Part shown: positions 59,983-64,000 of the stretch, piece after piece
Position numbering within the stretch: the stretch's first letter is position 1
Layout: each line of letters opens with the position of its first letter
Origin: an uncultured Phycisphaerales bacterium
GTDB taxonomy: Bacteria > Planctomycetota > Phycisphaerae > Tepidisphaerales > Tepidisphaeraceae
DNA length: 64,000 nucleotides
NCBI GenBank assembly: GCA_963758525.1
Contig: CAVWVQ010000005.1
Span: 288,001-352,000, forward strand
Direction: 5' to 3'
Made by a program: the position numbers and the translations under genes
Notes under the pieces: generated by a model
Databases searched by the model: none
The model's input: the letters and a program-made list of their open reading frames with translations, nothing else
Told to the model about the DNA's origin: nothing

Positions 59983-61410
59983 TCACGGTTCGTGGATCAG
60001 GCTGTGCCCGATTTCCCATACGTTGCCAGCACCCATCGTCACAATCAAGTCGCCCGCCTCGGCGGCCGCTTTGAGATACGACGTGATCTGATCGAAGTGC
60101 GAGAGATACCGCGCTCGCTGCCCATTTTGCACGATTCGATCGACCAGGTCGATGGCGCTGACTCGGCCGCGCTCCAACTCGCTGTCGCGCACAAAATAAA
60201 TGTCGGGAACGATCACCTCGTCGGCCTCGGCGAAGCTCGACGCAAAGTCCTCCAGCAGAAACCGCGTCCGGCTGTGCTGATGCGGCTGAAACACGCAGAA
60301 CAGGCGTTTGGGCCGGTAGCGCCCGCGCAACGCCGCCAGCGTCGCGCGGATTTCCGTGGGGTGATGACCGTAATCGTCCACGACGACCGCGCCGTTGCGC
60401 CGTCCTACTTCGGTCATGCGCCGATCGACCCCCGCGAAATGCCGCATCGCTTCCGCCGCCGCCGCAGGCTCAGCCCCGCAGGCAACGCACGCGGCGACGG
60501 CCGCCGTCGCGTTAAAGAGATTGTGCAGGCCCGCCACGGAAAGCCGCAGCTCGCAGACGAACTCGCCATTGTAACGGAGTCGCCCGATATAGCAGCCGTG
60601 CTCCTCGCCCGTAACGTCCGTCCGCCAGACGGCATCGGCATCGAGCGCCACGGTTTGCAGCGGAGCCGAAGCGTCGCGCATTGCCTCGGCAACGTGCTCG
60701 TCGGCGCCATTCACAATCAGCACGCCGTCCCTGGGCACAAGTTGGGAGAACCAGCGGAAGGCCTCAATGATCTCGTCGATGTCGTGGTAACAGTCGAGAT
60801 GGTCCTCCTCGATGTTCGTGATGATCGCGACCTGTGGCCGCAGGTGATGGAAGCTGCGGTCAAACTCGCACGCCTCGGCCACGAACAGCCGCGACGCGCC
60901 AGAATGGCTGCCGCCGCCCAACTGCGGAACGGTTCCGCCCACCACAAAGCTTGGGTCCATCCCCAGCCGCGTGAGGGCGAAGGCGACCATCGCCGTCGTC
61001 GTCGATTTCCCATGTGTGCCCGCGACCGCGACGCCGAACCGCTCCTGCATCACCTGCCCGAGCAGTTCCGCATACTTGACAGTCGTGAGCTGGAGCGATT
61101 GCGCGACCTGAAATTCGGCGTTGGAGTCGCTGATCGCCGCCGTCCGCACGACCAGATCGATCTCGCGCGAAAGCAGCGTTCCAGTCTGGTCGCGCGAGAT
61201 GTGAGCGCCGCGTCTGCCCAGTTCCCGGCTGGTGGCGTTGGGGCGCAACTCCGTACCGCTCACCACCGCGCCGCTGTCGAGCAGCATCTGCGCCAGGCCG
61301 CTCATTCCGCTGCCGCCGATCCCGATGAAATGCACGCGCTGCCCCGCAAATCGGCTCAACGACCGCGAATCCATTCGCAACCCAGCAGCAGCTTCCATGA
61401 CGGACGGCAT
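59983..61410 (-). CDS. murC: UDP-N-acetylmuramate--L-alanine ligase
   Basis: HFIGIGGSGMSGLA, AVAGTHGKSTTT, EACEFDRSF, TNIEEDHLD, GLHNLFNA, DDYGHHPTE, FQPHQHSRT, TMGAG. Confidence 0.96.
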   Translation of the reverse strand: MPSVMEAAAGLRMDSRSLSRFAGQRVHFIGIGGSGMSGLAQMLLDSGAVVSGTELRPNATSRELGRRGAHISRDQTGTLLSREIDLVVRTAAISDSNAEFQVAQSLQLTTVKYAELLGQVMQERFGVAVAGTHGKSTTTAMVAFALTRLGMDPSFVVGGTVPQLGGGSHSGASRLFVAEACEFDRSFHHLRPQVAIITNIEEDHLDCYHDIDEIIEAFRWFSQLVPRDGVLIVNGADEHVAEAMRDASAPLQTVALDADAVWRTDVTGEEHGCYIGRLRYNGEFVCELRLSVAGLHNLFNATAAVAACVACGAEPAAAAEAMRHFAGVDRRMTEVGRRNGAVVVDDYGHHPTEIRATLAALRGRYRPKRLFCVFQPHQHSRTRFLLEDFASSFAEADEVIVPDIYFVRDSELERGRVSAIDLVDRIVQNGQRARYLSHFDQITSYLKAAAEAGDLIVTMGAGNVWEIGHSLIHEP

Positions 61411-61446
61411 CGTACACCTCAGGGGTGAGAGATTAAAGAGAGCAGG

Positions 61447-61632
61447 GTCGGGAGGTCAGGAGTCAGAAGCCAGAAGCAACAAGCAGGCACGGAGGCACGG
61501 AGGCACGAAGGCACGAAGGCACGAAGGGGAGGACGCTGCGCGGCGGAGCATTTCATTTATCGTATACCCTTCCTTACCCTTCGTGCCTTCGTGCCTCCGT
61601 GCCTTTCCCCATCCGTGCCTATGTGCCTTCAT
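61447..61632. repeat. Inverted 8-nt repeat tracts (GGCACGAA/GGCACGGA) plus a 7-nt tract in the murG-murC gap
   Basis: 61485..61528 aggcacggaggcacggaggcacgaaggcacgaaggcacgaagg versus 61578..61632 ccttcgtgccttcgtgcctccgtgcc...; 61447..61480 ggtcgggaggtcaggagtcagaagccagaagc. Confidence 0.85.
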
Positions 61633-62751
61633 CCCTTGCCCCAACCATCTCCCCAACTACATCCGCGACGCGATCCGCGGCATCGGGTTTTCCGATGCGA
61701 CGGGCGGCATCGGACATTTCACGCCGGCGAGCGCCGTCGTGCAGCAATCGCTCAACAACCGGCCGCAACTTCGCCGCGTTGCGCGCGGGATCTTTCTCAT
61801 CTTTCACGCGGATCGCAGCGCCGGCTCCCGAGAGCACGTGGGCATTGAGCCGCTGATGCATGTCCTTATGAAACGGGTAGGGCATCAGCACCGACGGGAT
61901 GCCGCACGCGGTCAACTCCGCGCAACTGCTCGCGCCCGCCCGGCTGATGGCCAGATCCGCCACCGCCCAGACGTCGGCCATCGCGGGCGTGAAATCGATC
62001 ACCCGCGCTCCAATTTCCGTCTCGCGATATGCACCGCGCACTGCGGCGGCGTGTTCGCGACCGGCCAGGTGCAACACCTGCCATCCGTCCAGCGTCATCC
62101 CCGAGAGCATCCTCACCGCGGCCTCGTTCACCGTCTGCGCTCCCAGCGAAGCGCCGGTAATCACCAGCGTCCGCAGCATCGGATCGAGGCTCAGCCGGCC
62201 GGCGGCTTCTTCCCGCGCAGGAAGGTGACGCAGTTCTTCGCGAATGGGGCAGCCGGTCATCCTGATCTTTGCACGATTGGCGGGGCTGATGAACTTGCTC
62301 GTCAATTCGAACTGGCAGCAGACCGCGAGCACCTTTGAGGTGAGAAATTGATTGGCCTTGCCGGGAATCACGTCAGGGTTCAGCAGGGCACAAGGAATAT
62401 TCCGAGAGGCCGCCATGCGGATTGCCGCTCCGGCCGCGAAGCCGCCCAGCCCGATCGCCGCGGTCACGCGCTCGCGCTTGAACATCGCGCGCAGCAGATC
62501 TTTCGTCTCGCGCCATGCCCGCCAGAATTTCAACAGACCGCTGACGCTCGTCGAAGGGGGGACAATCGGCTGCGCAATGTATTCAAATCCCGTCGGTCCG
62601 AGAATGACTTTGTCGATCTCGCGCTGTGTGCAGAGAAACAAAATGCGCAGATTCCCCATGCGCCGCGCAGCGCCTCGGCAACAGCTACGCCCGGGTACAA
62701 ATGACCGCCGGTGCCTCCGCCGGCAAGCACGATAGTTTGAGATTCGGCCAT
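61619..62751 (-). CDS. murG: Undecaprenyl-PP-MurNAc-pentapeptide GlcNAc transferase (frameshift near 62660)
   Basis: AGGGTGGHLYPG, GLGGF, PGKAN, TGCPIR, TGASLGA, SRAGASSCAE, PYP...HQRLNA. Confidence 0.95.
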
Positions 62752-62838
62752 TGAACGTCGAGTACAGCGTATCCGCCTCTGGCGAATCCGACATCCACCG
62801 GGCGACTTTCCCGCTCTTCATCGGCCCCGCCGGTGGAT

Positions 62839-64000
62839 TTACTCGACTGTCGGCGCCGCGCCCAATAACACCGCCTCTTCTGCCTTTTCCGGGCCGCGGC
62901 GCGCCACGCTGTACAACACCCCCAGGGCTCCGCACGTGATCACCAGTCCGCTTCCCCCAGCGCTAATCAGCGGCAGCGATAAGCCTTTCGGGGGCACGCT
63001 CACTGTGGCAACGGCAATGTTAATCGCCGCCTGCAACCCCAGCATGGTCGTGATCCCAAAGGCGAGCATGCGTCCGAAATCGTCACGCTTCTGCTTGATG
63101 ATCTGCCAGCCGACGAACAGCACGCCCAGATAAAGCGCGACCGTCAGCATCGCCCCGAACAATCCCAGTTCTTCGCAAATCACCGCGAAAACAAAGTCGG
63201 TCGTGTCTTCCGGCAGATACCCGAGTTTCTGAATTCCATTTCCCAGTCCGCGTCCCAAAATCCCGCCGCTGGAAAAGCTCAGCAGGCTCTGAATCATGTG
63301 ATATCCCTGCCCCTGCGGCGAATCGTACGGATGCAGAAACGAGGTGATGCGGGCCATGCGATATGCCTTGTGCGTGACAAACCAGGCAGCCACCGCCAGC
63401 GCCGGAAACAGAACGATCATCAAGTGACCGACCTTGACCCGCCCGGCCAGCAGCATCATCAACGCGCAGAGCCCGATCAGCGCCGCGGTTCCAAAATCCT
63501 GAATCACCACCAGCAGGCAGAGCATGCCGACCGGAATCAGCGTCGGGAGAAATCCCCGGAAGAAACGTTCTAAGTTCACCGGATGAATCGTCAGCCAGTA
63601 TGCGAGAAACAAAACCGCCGCCCACTTGGCCAATTCCGACGGCTGCATCTGAATCGGCCCCAGCTTGATCCAGCGCCGCGCCCCATTGACCGACATGCCG
63701 ATCCCCGGCACCAGCACGAGCAGGCAGCTAATTGCCGCGATCACCACCGCCCACATGATCGGCGAGCGCATCCACGACCCGCTCTGCATCGACAAGCGCG
63801 AATAATCAAACCTGCCCACCGCCATGAACGTCGCAAACGCCGCGACGGCGAATTTGAGCTGCTTGATCCCCACGACGGACCAGTGCCAACCTCCATGGTT
63901 GTCTGTCATCGCTCCCAGCGACGTGGAAGCGGACTGCACCATCACGATTCCCATAGCCAGCAGCGCAAGCACGCAAAGGACCAGAATATCCTGCGTCCGC
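62839..64000 (-). CDS. ftsW: SEDS family peptidoglycan glycosyltransferase (start lies beyond window edge)
   Basis: NGARRWI, QPSELAK, QDFGT, GYHMIQSL, GRGLGNGIQK, LPEDTTDFVFAVICEELG, PPKGLSLPLISAGGS; directly upstream of murG. Confidence 0.93.
   Translation of the reverse strand, partial: RTQDILVLCVLALLAMGIVMVQSASTSLGAMTDNHGGWHWSVVGIKQLKFAVAAFATFMAVGRFDYSRLSMQSGSWMRSPIMWAVVIAAISCLLVLVPGIGMSVNGARRWIKLGPIQMQPSELAKWAAVLFLAYWLTIHPVNLERFFRGFLPTLIPVGMLCLLVVIQDFGTAALIGLCALMMLLAGRVKVGHLMIVLFPALAVAAWFVTHKAYRMARITSFLHPYDSPQGQGYHMIQSLLSFSSGGILGRGLGNGIQKLGYLPEDTTDFVFAVICEELGLFGAMLTVALYLGVLFVGWQIIKQKRDDFGRMLAFGITTMLGLQAAINIAVATVSVPPKGLSLPLISAGGSGLVITCGALGVLYSVARRGPEKAEEAVLLGAAPTVE

Noticed and set aside
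59836..62338. Long plus-strand ORFs (530 aa, 368 aa)
   Set aside because: Antisense to murC and murG.
1900..62700. Pseudogenes or programmed frameshifting in ade, scpB, ddl, murG, ftsQ and others
   Set aside because: All breaks are small deletions without slippery-site signatures or secondary decay, which fits sequencing error.
1..64000. tRNA, rRNA, riboswitch or prophage genes
   Set aside because: No cloverleaf, rRNA signature, recognisable aptamer or phage structural gene seen by eye; a covariance-model scan was not possible.

Overview
GC-rich bacterial DNA, most likely a Planctomycetota (Phycisphaerae/Tepidisphaerales-like) genome; this is inferred from five LEPR-XLL-type N-terminal motifs and a dcw cluster with no ftsA/ftsZ after ftsQ. 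At least 13 genes, including murG, ddl and ftsQ, are broken by 1-2 nt deletions, mostly in short runs, which points to long-read assembly errors rather than pseudogenes. Contents left to right: purine-catabolism genes (ade, allE, a divergent ilvC-like gene, a divergently transcribed beta-hydroxyacid dehydrogenase); a small secreted Cys/Pro-rich peptide; a Wzx/Wzy polysaccharide locus (wzc, O-antigen ligase-TPR, wbaP, wzx, wzy, three GT4s, methyltransferase); a ~2140 aa surface protein; five tandem beta-helix glycoside-hydrolase-like paralogues; scpB, queA, a DUF58-transglutaminase-MoxR triad, a Calx-beta protein, a deaminase, a RAYT transposase with seven cognate REPs, serB, an LLM oxidoreductase; and a permuted dcw cluster (ftsW-murG-murC-murB-ddl-ftsQ-orf-mraZ-rsmH-lysM-ftsL-GT4-ftsI). 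The top finding is in the ~690 bp mraZ-rsmH spacer: a sense-strand array of at least nine hairpins with GGA in the loop, the architecture of CsrB/RsmZ-type CsrA-sponge RNAs, here embedded in a cell-division operon whose promoter region also carries MraZ boxes and a perfect DnaA box. Several families of 7-8 nt tandem repeats occupy intergenic gaps. No rRNA, tRNA or CRISPR array was seen.
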